Source: Sphingomonadales bacterium 28-55-16 (GTDB lineage Bacteria; Pseudomonadota; Alphaproteobacteria; Sphingomonadales; Sphingomonadaceae). From it: a DNA stretch of 64,000 bases. Under the pieces are notes generated by a model. The model was given only the letters and a program-made list of their open reading frames with translations. It did not search any database and was not told where the DNA came from. The translations under genes were made by a program, and so were the position numbers. Shown piece after piece: positions 1-9,277 of this stretch (the stretch's first letter is position 1; every line of letters begins with the position of its first letter). The stretch is from positions 31,685 to 95,684 of the forward strand of contig NCGG01000015.1 of assembly GCA_002278855.1 (NCBI GenBank), given 5' to 3'.

Positions 1-326
1 TGCATGACATCAAGCAAGGCGGCTACGCGTGGCGCAATATTCTTACCGTTCGATGTGGCAGGTGCCAGAAATGCGTCATGTGTTGCCATCAAAGACGCAA
101 TCAATGGTGCGACATTTTCGGCCAATTGCTGCGCGTAGGCGGCATCATCGGCAACATGCACAGTGGTCACGCCAGCGATTTTGGCCGCCTGCTGCGCAAC
201 TGCGCCGCAGCCTGAACCCGCAACGAGCACATGCACTTCGCCCAGTTGCGACGCAGCGGTGACGACAGCCAATGTTGCATCCTTCAATGATGCGTTGTCA
301 TGTTCGGCATAAACGAGGGTCTTCAT
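1..326 (-). CDS. etfA: Electron transfer flavoprotein alpha subunit (5' part; runs off the left edge)
   Basis: Manual translation from ATG at 326: [37 protein letters not shown]...[14 protein letters not shown]; ATGA overlap with the etfB stop; absent from the ORF track because it is truncated. Confidence 0.95.
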   Translation of the reverse strand, partial: MKTLVYAEHDNASLKDATLAVVTAASQLGEVHVLVAGSGCGAVAQQAAKIAGVTTVHVADDAAYAQQLAENVAPLIASLMATHDAFLAPATSNGKNIAPRVAALLDVM

Positions 327-1069
327 GCTGCCACTCCCATTTCCTTAAGCTTTGCAACCAGCGCATCGACGTCGGCAACCTTGATACCGGCGCTACGCAC
401 GGGTGGTTCGACAACCTTCAACGTCTTCAGGCGCGGGCTTACATCAACGCCATAATCTGCAGGTGTTTTCTGCGCGAGTGGCTTTGACTTTGCCTTCATG
501 ATGTTCGGCAACGATGCATAACGTGGCTCGTTCAAACGCAAGTCAGTGGTGATGATGGCTGGCATCTTCAGCGACAATGTCTGCAAACCGCCGTCGACTT
601 CGCGTGCAACATGCACGGAATCGCCCGATACGTTTACGGTATTGGCAAAGGTGCCTTGCGGACGACCCGTCAACGCAGCGAGCATCTGCCCGGTTTGGTT
701 GGAGTCATCGTCAATCGCCTGTTTGCCAAGAATGACAAGGCCAGGCTGTTCTTCGTCCATGACCTTCGCGAGGATCTTGGCAACGGCCAATGGCTCGACA
801 TCTTCCGCAACAACGAGGATCGCGCGATCAGCACCCATGGCGAGCGCAGTACGCAGCGTTTCCTGCGCCTTGTCGGGTCCAACCGACACTGCGATCACTT
901 CCGTCGCAACGCCCTTTTCACGCAAACGCAACGCTTCTTCGATTGCGATTTCGTCAAATGGGTTCATGCTCATTTTGACGTTCGCCAAATCGACACCCGA
1001 ACCATCGGGCTTAACCCGCGGTTTTACGTTATAATCGATGACCCGCTTAACGGGGACGATGATCTTCAT
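323..1069 (-). CDS. etfB: Electron transfer flavoprotein beta subunit
   Basis: [16 protein letters not shown]...[32 protein letters not shown] motifs. Confidence 0.97.
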   Translation of the reverse strand: MKIIVPVKRVIDYNVKPRVKPDGSGVDLANVKMSMNPFDEIAIEEALRLREKGVATEVIAVSVGPDKAQETLRTALAMGADRAILVVAEDVEPLAVAKILAKVMDEEQPGLVILGKQAIDDDSNQTGQMLAALTGRPQGTFANTVNVSGDSVHVAREVDGGLQTLSLKMPAIITTDLRLNEPRYASLPNIMKAKSKPLAQKTPADYGVDVSPRLKTLKVVEPPVRSAGIKVADVDALVAKLKEMGVAA

Positions 1070-1133
1070 ATGTTCATCCTTCCTTACCGACTCAAGGGAC
1101 GGGTGGATGCCGTCCCATTTTAAGAAACCTATG

Positions 1134-1157
1134 CTTGACGTTTACGTGAACGTCAAG
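1134..1157. promoter_or_regulatory. Palindromic LiuR (MerR-family)-like operator overlapping the etfBA promoter
   Basis: CTTGACGTTTACGTGAACGTCAAG, a near-perfect 24-bp palindrome containing ACGT-N2-ACGT-N2-ACGT; minus-strand TTGACG is followed 19 nt later by TAGGTT. Confidence 0.65.
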
Positions 1158-1881
1158 CGCCAAAGCGGCGACGAATGCGATTTAGCGCGTTGTCCGCTAC
1201 CGCTGAAACCCGTGTTTTTGCTGTGAAGGCATCAGGGTGGATGACGTCAAGCAACGCTGGCGTCAAAGCGTGTCTTTGCTCCAAAATGTCAATGATGCGA
1301 TGATTATTTTCATCAACAAAAATGACCATGTTCTGGCGATGCCACCACTGCACAGCATCGTCGTGCCAAAATACCGGACGGATGATGTCAAACAGGCGAT
1401 AGCCCTGCTGCGCAAAATGTTCGGCCCAATAGGACAAAGGCTGCTCGTTCACATGATGGGTGCCACCTTGTCCCGGAGGCGCGGCAGAAAACAGAATGAC
1501 AGGGCTATGCCTGCACAACAACTGCACAAATCCGGCTGCCCGTTCCGGTTCCAAATGTTCCGCCACCTCAATGCAGGCAACAAGATCATATGTGCCCAAA
1601 TCACCGTCAAAATTTGCCAGATTAACCGGCGTGAAATGCGCTGCGTCAATCAGCAAAACGGCGCGTGCGTAGTCACCATCAACGGCGCGCAAGGACGTTA
1701 CATCATTTTCAAGAAATGCCTTAGACCAAGCGCCCGAACCACATCCTACATCAAGCACCGATTTCGGTGCGATCAGCTCAGTAACAAATGGCACGATCCG
1801 ACTGGCGGACCGCGCCGATGTCCCATTTTGTCGCCGAAAAAAGCCAGAACGATAGACGTTCGTAAGAGCGCTATCGTTCAT
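1153..1881 (-). CDS. Class I SAM-dependent methyltransferase (Methyltransf_23-like)
   Basis: SVLDVGCGSG motif I, YDLVACIEVAEHL, HHVNEQP; likely start MNDSALT at 1881, 4 nt after the sucC stop (the track ORF extension to 2019 overlaps sucC). Confidence 0.85.
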   Translation of the reverse strand: MNDSALTNVYRSGFFRRQNGTSARSASRIVPFVTELIAPKSVLDVGCGSGAWSKAFLENDVTSLRAVDGDYARAVLLIDAAHFTPVNLANFDGDLGTYDLVACIEVAEHLEPERAAGFVQLLCRHSPVILFSAAPPGQGGTHHVNEQPLSYWAEHFAQQGYRLFDIIRPVFWHDDAVQWWHRQNMVIFVDENNHRIIDILEQRHALTPALLDVIHPDAFTAKTRVSAVADNALNRIRRRFGA

Positions 1882-1885
1882 GCGA

Positions 1886-3094
1886 TTAAGCTGCCTTGCG
1901 CACTTCCGCGACGATCTTCTCTGCCGCATCGCCCAGATCATTGGCGGAAACGATCGGCAGGCCGCTATTGGCGAGGATATCCTTGCCCTGCTGCACATTG
2001 GTGCCTTCAAGGCGGACAACCAATGGTACCGAGAGGTTCACTTCCTTTGCGGCGGCAACGATGCCGTCGGCGATAATGTCGCATTTCATAATGCCACCGA
2101 AGATGTTGACCAAGATGCCCTTCACGGCAGGGTCCTTCAGGATGATCTTGAATGCAGCCGTTACCTTTTCCTTGGATGCGCCGCCACCCACGTCAAGGAA
2201 GTTGGCAGGGAATTCGCCATTCAGCTTAATGATGTCCATCGTCGCCATCGCCAGGCCAGCGCCGTTGACCATACAGCCGATGTTGCCATCCAATTTGATG
2301 TAGGCAAGGTCATATTCCGACGCTTCAACTTCAGCAGGGTCTTCTTCGGTCAGGTCGCGCAATTCGGCGAGATCCTTGTGACGGAACATAGCATTGCCAT
2401 CAAAGCTGACCTTGGCGTCGAGTACCAATAGCTCGTCACCATTCTTACCTTCGCAAACAGCAAGCGGGTTGATTTCAATCTGCTCGGCATCCGTACCGAT
2501 GAAAGCGCTGTACAGGCCAGCCAGCACGGTTTGCGCTTGCTTGGCAAGATCGCCCGTCAGGCCAAGCGCCTTTGCAACGCTGCGGCCATGGTGCGGTTGA
2601 AGGCCCGCGGCAGGATCAATGACGATCGTATGTATTTTCTCCGGGCTGTCATGCGCGACGTCTTCAATATTCATGCCGCCTTCGGTCGACGCAACAACCG
2701 CGATACGGCTGGTCGCACGGTCAACCAGCAACGCGAGGTAGAATTCTTGCTTAATGTCGGCACCGTCGGTGATGTATAGACGGTTGACTTGCTTGCCTTC
2801 TGGACCCGTCTGGATCGTTACCAGCGTGTTGCCCAACATGTCCTTGGCATGGGCTTCAACCTCATCCAGATTGAATGCCAGACGAACGCCGCCTTTTGCA
2901 TCTGGGCCCAGTTCCTTGAACTTGCCCTTACCGCGTCCACCGGCATGAATTTGCGATTTCACCACATATAAGGGACCAGGCAATTGCTTAGCGGCGGCAA
3001 CCGCCTCTTCTACGCTCAGCGCTGCGATACCGGCAGGACAAGCCACACCGAATTTTGCGAGCAGTTCTTTGGCCTGATATTCATGGATATTCAT
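1886..3094 (-). CDS. sucC: Succinyl-CoA synthetase (ADP-forming) beta subunit
   Basis: [58 protein letters not shown]. Confidence 0.98.
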   Translation of the reverse strand: MNIHEYQAKELLAKFGVACPAGIAALSVEEAVAAAKQLPGPLYVVKSQIHAGGRGKGKFKELGPDAKGGVRLAFNLDEVEAHAKDMLGNTLVTIQTGPEGKQVNRLYITDGADIKQEFYLALLVDRATSRIAVVASTEGGMNIEDVAHDSPEKIHTIVIDPAAGLQPHHGRSVAKALGLTGDLAKQAQTVLAGLYSAFIGTDAEQIEINPLAVCEGKNGDELLVLDAKVSFDGNAMFRHKDLAELRDLTEEDPAEVEASEYDLAYIKLDGNIGCMVNGAGLAMATMDIIKLNGEFPANFLDVGGGASKEKVTAAFKIILKDPAVKGILVNIFGGIMKCDIIADGIVAAAKEVNLSVPLVVRLEGTNVQQGKDILANSGLPIVSANDLGDAAEKIVAEVRKAA

Positions 3095-3260
3095 GGGAGA
3101 TTACGTCCTCGGGAAAATAGAGTTTCGGCGTTCGCTTAAGCACAGACGCGCGCTGAATGGAAGGGCCTGCGCCCATGTTTTTTGGCGCACGCAGAGGCGG
3201 GGAGATTGGAGAGATTTGATTATTGTCCGCTGGGACCACCGCACCTCTGCATGCAAACTT

Positions 3261-3872
3261 TCAGATGAGCAAATTGAGCGCAGTTAGTTCGGCGCGGAGT
3301 GACGCTGCATCCGTGAAATGATGTGCTGCAAAACCATTGGCTCGGGCACTCACGACATTGTCGAGATTGTCATCGATAAAAATGGCCTCACCTGGATTAA
3401 GTCCGAAGCGATCTAGGGCAAGCGCATAAATGGCTGGGTCGGGCTTAACCAATTTCTCCACCCCAGATACAAGGATATCGCCGAAGTGATCGAAGATTGG
3501 CTGCGTAGCCCGAAATCTGTGCCAAAATTCCGCGCCGAAATTGGTGATGACAAATAATGGGATGGCATTGCCGGCCAGTTCTTGGACGATGTCATGCGTG
3601 CCAGCGACGGGGCCGGGAATGGTTTCCATAATCCGCGCCGCATACGCCCGAATCAGCTCCGCATATTGTGGAAATTGGGCAATCCGCTCTGCGACCATAT
3701 CGTCCAACGATCGGCCCGCATCATGCTGGTAATGCCATTGTGGGGTCACGACATGCGTGACGAAATATTCGCGTTCGGCCGCATCGGCAATCAGCTTCGC
3801 GTATAGATAGCGTAGGTCCCATTCGAACAGGACTTTGCCCACATCAAAAACGACGGTGGTAATATGGGTCAT
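3261..3872 (-). CDS. HAD family phosphatase (HAD-IA)
   Basis: VVFDVGKVL motif I, TN motif II, KPDPAIY, FIDDNLDNV. Confidence 0.9.
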   Translation of the reverse strand: MTHITTVVFDVGKVLFEWDLRYLYAKLIADAAEREYFVTHVVTPQWHYQHDAGRSLDDMVAERIAQFPQYAELIRAYAARIMETIPGPVAGTHDIVQELAGNAIPLFVITNFGAEFWHRFRATQPIFDHFGDILVSGVEKLVKPDPAIYALALDRFGLNPGEAIFIDDNLDNVVSARANGFAAHHFTDAASLRAELTALNLLI

Positions 3873-3905
3873 GTAACTGCCTCGCTAGAGAGGTCGAATT
3901 GGCAC

Positions 3906-3940
3906 AAAAAAACCGCCCGCGAATCAGATTCGGAGCGGCG
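3906..3940 (-). terminator. Rho-independent terminator downstream of ykgO
   Basis: Minus strand CGCCGCTCCGAATCTGATTCGCGGGCGG followed by T7. Confidence 0.7.
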
Positions 3941-3983
3941 TTTTGCCTGAACCATCTGCCCGCATTGCGCAGGCAGGGCCAAA

Positions 3984-4109
3984 TTAACCCTGGCGCGCCT
4001 TAAAGCGTGGCTGAGTCTTGTTGATGACATAAGTGCGGCCACGACGACGAATCACGCGGTTATCGCGATGGCGGCCCTTGAGTGACTTCAGAGAATTAAC
4101 GACTTTCAT
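3984..4109 (-). CDS. ykgO: 50S ribosomal protein L36, type B (no Zn ribbon)
   Basis: Manual translation [41 protein letters not shown] (41 aa); too short for the ORF track. Confidence 0.96.
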   Translation of the reverse strand: MKVVNSLKSLKGRHRDNRVIRRRGRTYVINKTQPRFKARQG

Positions 4110-4156
4110 CGGATTTACCCGTCTAATAAATGCATGAAGCTTGAATTGAAGGGGCG

Positions 4157-4185
4157 CTCCTATGGATCGAGCGGCGGAAAGTCAA
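4157..4185 (-). promoter_or_regulatory. Putative sigma70 promoter of ykgO
   Basis: TTGACT-N17-TAGGAG; shares GCTTGACTTTCCGCC with the rpmG promoter. Confidence 0.55.
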
Positions 4186-4263
4186 GCGCGATTGGCGGCA
4201 TCTTGCGGATTCAGCCGCCATAGATTGTTTGATCTGCTAGAGGACAGCCTTAAGGATCTACCG

Positions 4264-4668
4264 ATGAAGAAAAATGCACGGCTATGGCCGCTTCTTGCGC
4301 TGTCCCTCCTGACCGCTTGTGTCGTGCCAACGGGATCTGTCGAGGTCACCCGCTTTCATTGCGCTGCCGAAGGCATGCCATATGGCACGGGCAGCTTTGC
4401 CCTCGCGCTTGTAGGCGAATCGGTTTCGGACCGGTCACTTGCTGGATCGCCCTATTCGGCTGCTGTCGCGCGCGAAATGCAGCGCATTGGTTATCGCGAC
4501 GACATCGGAAATGCGGACGTGATCGCCGAAGTGCGTTTTGGCGCGACCGTGATTCGCGCTGACCGCCGCGCGCCTGCCACGCAAACCGGTATCGCAGCGT
4601 CCAAATTGGCTGCGGCGTTGTTTAAGGACTTCCCCGGTGTGTCCGGTGAGACTATCCGCATAGCTTAA
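4264..4668 (+). CDS. DUF4136-like lipoprotein, apparently with an in-frame internal deletion
   Basis: Lipobox LLTAC, VEVTRFH N-terminus and [23 protein letters not shown]-terminus, but only 134 aa; likely start at 4264. Confidence 0.55.
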   Translation: MKKNARLWPLLALSLLTACVVPTGSVEVTRFHCAAEGMPYGTGSFALALVGESVSDRSLAGSPYSAAVAREMQRIGYRDDIGNADVIAEVRFGATVIRADRRAPATQTGIAASKLAAALFKDFPGVSGETIRIA

Positions 4669-4721
4669 ACTTAATCGCGGTACCGGGCAGGCACCGCCCT
4701 TTGAACGAGAGCGAACCCAAA

Positions 4722-5858
4722 ATGCCGATTACTGACATCAATGCCGCCTTCGACAGCGGCAACATCATAGTGCATGCCATCGATGGCAATGCGGCGACGC
4801 TGGCCATCCGCACGGACAAGGATTCGGAATTTGCGCAATGGTTCCATTTCCGCGTGGCATGCACCGCGGGCGAAGAACTGGAACTGCGGATAACAGGGCT
4901 TGAAGGCAGCGCCTATCCGGGCGGCTGGCCCGATTACCGCGCCTGCGTGTCCGAAGACCGCGATTATTGGGGCCGCGCCGAGACCAACTATGACAAGGCG
5001 AAGGACGGCGGCACGCTGACCATCCGCTATACGCCCGCAAGCAATATCGCGTGGTTCGCCTATTTTGCACCGTACAGCATGGAACGGCACCATGATCTCG
5101 TCGCAGAGACTGCATCGCTTGAAGGCGTGACCTATCGCTGCCTTGGCCATAGCATCGAAGGCCAACCGATTGACTGCCTTGAAATGGGCAATGGCGAAAC
5201 GCAGGTCTGGCTGTACGCGCGCCAGCATCCCGGTGAGACTCAAGCCGAATATTGGATCGAAGGCGCCATTGATATGCTCACGGACCTCAGCGATCCGCAC
5301 ACGCGGGTGTTATTGGAAAAATGCCACTTTCATATTGTGCCCAACTGCAACCCGGATGGTAGCTGCCGTGGGCATTTGCGGACCAATTATCTGGGTGTGA
5401 ACCTGAATCGCGAATGGGCCGAACCGTCTGCAGAGCGCAGCCCCGAAGTGCTTAGCATCCGCAACGCGATGGATGAAAAAGGCGTGCATTGGGCCATGGA
5501 TATTCATGGCGATGAAGCCATTCCCGCAGCCTTCATGGCAGGTTTTGAAGGCATTCCTTCATGGACCGATGATCAGGGTGATCGCTATAATGCCTTCATC
5601 AACCGTCTTTCCGCGCGGACGCCCGATTTCCAGACTGTGTTGGGTTATACCAAGGCTGGCCCCGGCAGGGCGAATCTGACGATGTCGACGAACCAATTGG
5701 CCGAGCGGTTCGGTCCGTCGCACAATTGCGTCTCTATGACCCTTGAAATGCCTTATAAGGACACCGTCCATGGCAACGACCCCGACCAAGGCTGGTCCCC
5801 CGAACGCTGCCGCTTATTGGCGCGCGAATGCCTCGCGACCTTGGCGGAGATGGTGTAA
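4722..5858 (+). CDS. M14 zinc carboxypeptidase (cytosolic carboxypeptidase-like)
   Basis: ARQHPGE (HxxE), NPDG, NLNREW, DIHGDE, TLEMP. Confidence 0.9.
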   Translation: MPITDINAAFDSGNIIVHAIDGNAATLAIRTDKDSEFAQWFHFRVACTAGEELELRITGLEGSAYPGGWPDYRACVSEDRDYWGRAETNYDKAKDGGTLTIRYTPASNIAWFAYFAPYSMERHHDLVAETASLEGVTYRCLGHSIEGQPIDCLEMGNGETQVWLYARQHPGETQAEYWIEGAIDMLTDLSDPHTRVLLEKCHFHIVPNCNPDGSCRGHLRTNYLGVNLNREWAEPSAERSPEVLSIRNAMDEKGVHWAMDIHGDEAIPAAFMAGFEGIPSWTDDQGDRYNAFINRLSARTPDFQTVLGYTKAGPGRANLTMSTNQLAERFGPSHNCVSMTLEMPYKDTVHGNDPDQGWSPERCRLLARECLATLAEMV

Positions 5859-5866
5859 ACTGAAAC

Positions 5867-6322
5867 ATGCGGATTATCGAGGATGACCTAACAGGCATCG
5901 AAATCCGGGCCCTGCTGGAGACTCACTTTGCCGGGATGTTGGCCAGCTCGCCTGCTGAAAGCTGCCATTTTCTAGACTTTGATGGGTTGAATGCGCCGGA
6001 TGTGACCTTTTGGTCGATCTGGGATGCTGGCACGCTTGCAGGATGCGGTGCGTTGAAAGCGCTGTCATCGACGCAGGGCGAGATCAAATCTATGCGGACC
6101 CATGCCGATCATTTGCGCAAAGGTGTCGGCGCGGCGATGCTGAAGCACATCATATCGGTAGCGCGGCAACGCAGCTATGTGCGGCTAAGCCTCGAAACGG
6201 GTTCGTCCGATGTTTTTTTACCGGCGCGCGCCTTATATGAAGCATATGGCTTTACATATTGCCCGCCCTTTGGCGATTATGCCGCGGATCCGTTCAGCTG
6301 TTTCATGACCTTGGCGATTTAG
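5867..6322 (+). CDS. GNAT N-acetyltransferase
   Basis: GCGALK, GEIKSMRT, RKGVGAAML acetyl-CoA motif, LSLETG, ALYEAYGF. Confidence 0.9.
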   Translation: MRIIEDDLTGIEIRALLETHFAGMLASSPAESCHFLDFDGLNAPDVTFWSIWDAGTLAGCGALKALSSTQGEIKSMRTHADHLRKGVGAAMLKHIISVARQRSYVRLSLETGSSDVFLPARALYEAYGFTYCPPFGDYAADPFSCFMTLAI

Positions 6323-6365
6323 CGAACTTGCGTTAGTGCGCGGTCAAACGATTTAGGAACAACGC

Positions 6366-7049
6366 ATGCCCAAACTCATCCTCATCCGCCACGGTCAATC
6401 GCAGTGGAACCTCGAAAACCGATTTACAGGTTGGTGGGACGTGGACGTCACCGAAAAAGGCGCAGCCGAGGCATGGGCGGCAGGTATGCTCATGAAGGAC
6501 AAAGGCATTGCGCCGGACGCTGCCTTTACCAGCGTGCAGACCCGCGCGATCAAAACGCTCAATCTTGCGTTGGAGGCTATGGGACGTTTGTGGGTTCCAG
6601 TGACTAAAAACTGGCAATTGAACGAACGGCATTATGGCGGGCTGACAGGGCTCGACAAGGCAGAGACAGCGGCACAGCATGGCGCGGATCAGGTGAAGAT
6701 CTGGCGCCGCAGCTTCGACATTCCGCCACCACCGCTTGCGGCCGGATCGCCTTATGACCTGTCTTCTGATCCACGTTATGCGGGCATCAAGATCCCGGCT
6801 TCGGAGAGCTTGAAAGACACGATTGACCGCGTTTTGCCCTATTGGGGAAGTGCGATATGGCCCGAATTAAAGGCAGGTAAAACGGTTTTGATTTCGGCAC
6901 ATGGCAACAGTTTGCGCGCGTTGGTTAAGCATTTGTCGGGCATTTCGGATGCCGACATAAGCGGGCTCGAAATCCCTACCGGTCAACCCATCGTGTATGA
7001 GTTGGACGACAATATGACCGGCGACTATTACTATCTTTCCGAACGATAA
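6366..7049 (+). CDS. gpmA: 2,3-bisphosphoglycerate-dependent phosphoglycerate mutase
   Basis: [28 protein letters not shown]. Confidence 0.97.
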   Translation: MPKLILIRHGQSQWNLENRFTGWWDVDVTEKGAAEAWAAGMLMKDKGIAPDAAFTSVQTRAIKTLNLALEAMGRLWVPVTKNWQLNERHYGGLTGLDKAETAAQHGADQVKIWRRSFDIPPPPLAAGSPYDLSSDPRYAGIKIPASESLKDTIDRVLPYWGSAIWPELKAGKTVLISAHGNSLRALVKHLSGISDADISGLEIPTGQPIVYELDDNMTGDYYYLSER

Positions 7050-7164
7050 TTGCACATTTTCCCTGCGTCTTAGCACTAGAGCGGCAAATGCGACGTTGCT
7101 GGATTGCGCCTTTTGCGTCACGCGGCTAAGGCCCGTGGTATCGAAGTTGTCAGGGGAGTGACAG

Positions 7165-7653
7165 GTGACCGAAGCAGCGCCGCTTATTGGCATTATCATG
7201 GGAAGCCGTTCGGATTGGGAAACCATGCGTGAGGCTTCTGCGACACTGACGGCGCTCCATATCCCCCATGAATGCAAAGTGGTATCCGCCCATCGCACCC
7301 CCGAACGCTTATATGATTACGCAAAAGGCGCCGTTGGGCGTGGCCTGAAATGCATTATTGCCGGCGCAGGCGGTGCCGCGCATTTGCCCGGCATGGCGGC
7401 ATCCATGACGCGGCTGCCCGTGCTTGGCGTGCCGGTGCAGTCCAAGGCGCTGGACGGGATGGACAGCCTCTTATCTATCGTCCAGATGCCCGCCGGAATT
7501 CCCGTGGGAACCTTGGCGATTGGCAAGGCGGGCGCCACAAACGCAGCCTTGCTGGCAGCGGCAATGCTGGCGAATGAAGATCCCGCGCTTGCCCATCGGC
7601 TCGATGCATGGCGTGCGGCACAAACGGCGTCGGTCGCCGAAACGCCGGAATAA
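7165..7653 (+). CDS. purE: N5-CAIR mutase
   Basis: [27 protein letters not shown]. Confidence 0.98.
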   Translation: MTEAAPLIGIIMGSRSDWETMREASATLTALHIPHECKVVSAHRTPERLYDYAKGAVGRGLKCIIAGAGGAAHLPGMAASMTRLPVLGVPVQSKALDGMDSLLSIVQMPAGIPVGTLAIGKAGATNAALLAAAMLANEDPALAHRLDAWRAAQTASVAETPE

Positions 7654-7662
7654 GTTTGCGCG

Positions 7663-8733
7663 ATGGCTGCATTACCCCCGGGCTCGACTATTGGAATATT
7701 AGGCGGCGGTCAGCTTGGCCGTATGCTTGCGGTCGCCGCTGCGCAATTGGGCTATCGCTGCCATATCTTCGCGCCACCGGGCGATAATGTCGCGTGCGAT
7801 GTGGGCGCCGCATATACGGTCGCCGAATATGATGATTTGACCGCACTGAAGGCATTTGCGCACGCATGCGATGTTGTAACTTTTGAATTTGAAAATGTGC
7901 CCGTGCCTCCGCTTGAAACGATCACTGGCCTTGTTCCGGTTTACCCACCCATCAAAGCGCTGGAAGTTGCGCAGGATCGCGCTGCTGAAAAGAATTTCGT
8001 GCGCATGCTTGGGGGAAAGACGGCGGAATTTGCAGTGGCGCAGGACGCGCGCGCATTGCCCGCAGCGATTGATGCGGTGGGCATACCCTGCATCCTGAAA
8101 ACCATTCGCTTCGGCTATGACGGCAAGGGGCAGGCGCGCATCATGGCGCAGAGCGACATTGCCGGCGCGTGGGAACGGACGGGTGGCCAGCCCCTGATTG
8201 CCGAGGCGATGGTGGCGTTTGAGGCGGAATTCTCCGTGATATTGGTGCGTAGCCAAGATGGCGAAATCCGTTTTTGGGACAGTTCGCGCAACCTGCATGT
8301 CGGTGGCATCCTAGCGACATCGACGCTGCCGTCCGGCCCCTTGGTGGAAAGCCAGCAGCAAGCTGCGCGTGACATGGCAGCAGCCGTCGCATCGGCGCTG
8401 GATTATGTGGGCGTGTTCACCGCCGAATTCTTCGCCAGCGCGCATGGCCCTTTGTTCAACGAAATCGCGCCAAGGGTGCACAATAGTGGGCATTGGACCA
8501 TTGAAGGGGCAGCGACCAGCCAATTTGAAAACCATATCCGCGCCATTTGCGGCCTACCGCTTGGCGCGACGGACACCGTTGCTGAACGGGTAGAAATGGA
8601 AAACCTGATTGGCGATGATGGCGACCGATTTGAACAGATTTTGGCGGATCCTGCCGCAAGTCTGCACCTATATGGCAAGGCAGAAGCGCGGCCGGGGCGT
8701 AAAATAGGGCACGTGACCCGCTTGTATCGGTAA
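7663..8733 (+). CDS. purK: N5-CAIR synthase
   Basis: GILGGGQLGRML, FEFENVP, GYDGKGQ, NEIAPRVHNSGHWT. Confidence 0.98.
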   Translation: MAALPPGSTIGILGGGQLGRMLAVAAAQLGYRCHIFAPPGDNVACDVGAAYTVAEYDDLTALKAFAHACDVVTFEFENVPVPPLETITGLVPVYPPIKALEVAQDRAAEKNFVRMLGGKTAEFAVAQDARALPAAIDAVGIPCILKTIRFGYDGKGQARIMAQSDIAGAWERTGGQPLIAEAMVAFEAEFSVILVRSQDGEIRFWDSSRNLHVGGILATSTLPSGPLVESQQQAARDMAAAVASALDYVGVFTAEFFASAHGPLFNEIAPRVHNSGHWTIEGAATSQFENHIRAICGLPLGATDTVAERVEMENLIGDDGDRFEQILADPAASLHLYGKAEARPGRKIGHVTRLYR

Positions 8734-8756
8734 GAAAAAGGCGGCAAGACGGGGGC

Positions 8757-9254
8757 ATGAATCATCCCGAAATCGTTCTTGTCCTCGCCCGCGCCATCAA
8801 TGGAACAATCGGGAAGGATGGCGCAATGCCATGGCATATTCCGGCTGACCTGCGCCATTTTAAGCAGGTCACGAAAGGACGGCCAATGATCATGGGACGC
8901 AAGACCTTTGATAGCCTGCCGGGCCTGCTGGAGGGCCGCCGCCATATCGTGTTGACCCGCGACACCACCTGGGAAGAAGAAGGCGCAGAGGTTGCCCATT
9001 CGGTTGAGGATGCGTTGAAGCGTGCCAATGGCCCGCATGTGTGCGTCATCGGTGGGGCCGAGATTTATGCATTGTTCTTGCCGCTGGCAGACCGCATTGA
9101 ACTGACCGAAATCGCAGCAAGTCCTGCAGGCGATACATCAGTGCCCGCTTTTGATATGTCGATCTGGGAAGAAACCGCGCGCACGGAGCACGAAGCCGAT
9201 GGCGGCGCTCCGGCATTTGATTTTGTAACGCTGGTGCGGCGCACCATTGCCTAA
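8757..9254 (+). CDS. folA: Dihydrofolate reductase
   Basis: IGKDGAMPWHIPADLRHFK, IMGRKTFDSL, VIGGAEIY. Confidence 0.96.
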   Translation: MNHPEIVLVLARAINGTIGKDGAMPWHIPADLRHFKQVTKGRPMIMGRKTFDSLPGLLEGRRHIVLTRDTTWEEEGAEVAHSVEDALKRANGPHVCVIGGAEIYALFLPLADRIELTEIAASPAGDTSVPAFDMSIWEETARTEHEADGGAPAFDFVTLVRRTIA

Positions 9255-9277
9255 ATATAGACGTTCACGGGGGAAAT

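Noticed and set aside
1237-2076. 279-aa plus-strand ORF and other long antisense ORFs (e.g. 16334-17116, 27362-28027, 50162-50980)
   Set aside because: They shadow well-supported genes on the opposite strand and have no recognisable motifs; expected in GC-rich DNA
1886-3094. sucC without adjacent sucD
   Set aside because: A split sucC/sucD arrangement is, as far as I recall, usual in sphingomonads; not unusual enough
3984-4109. Zn-free L36 (and L33 at 33807) as zinc-starvation paralogues
   Set aside because: Cys-less forms are the normal versions in alphaproteobacteria, and no Zur box was seen upstream
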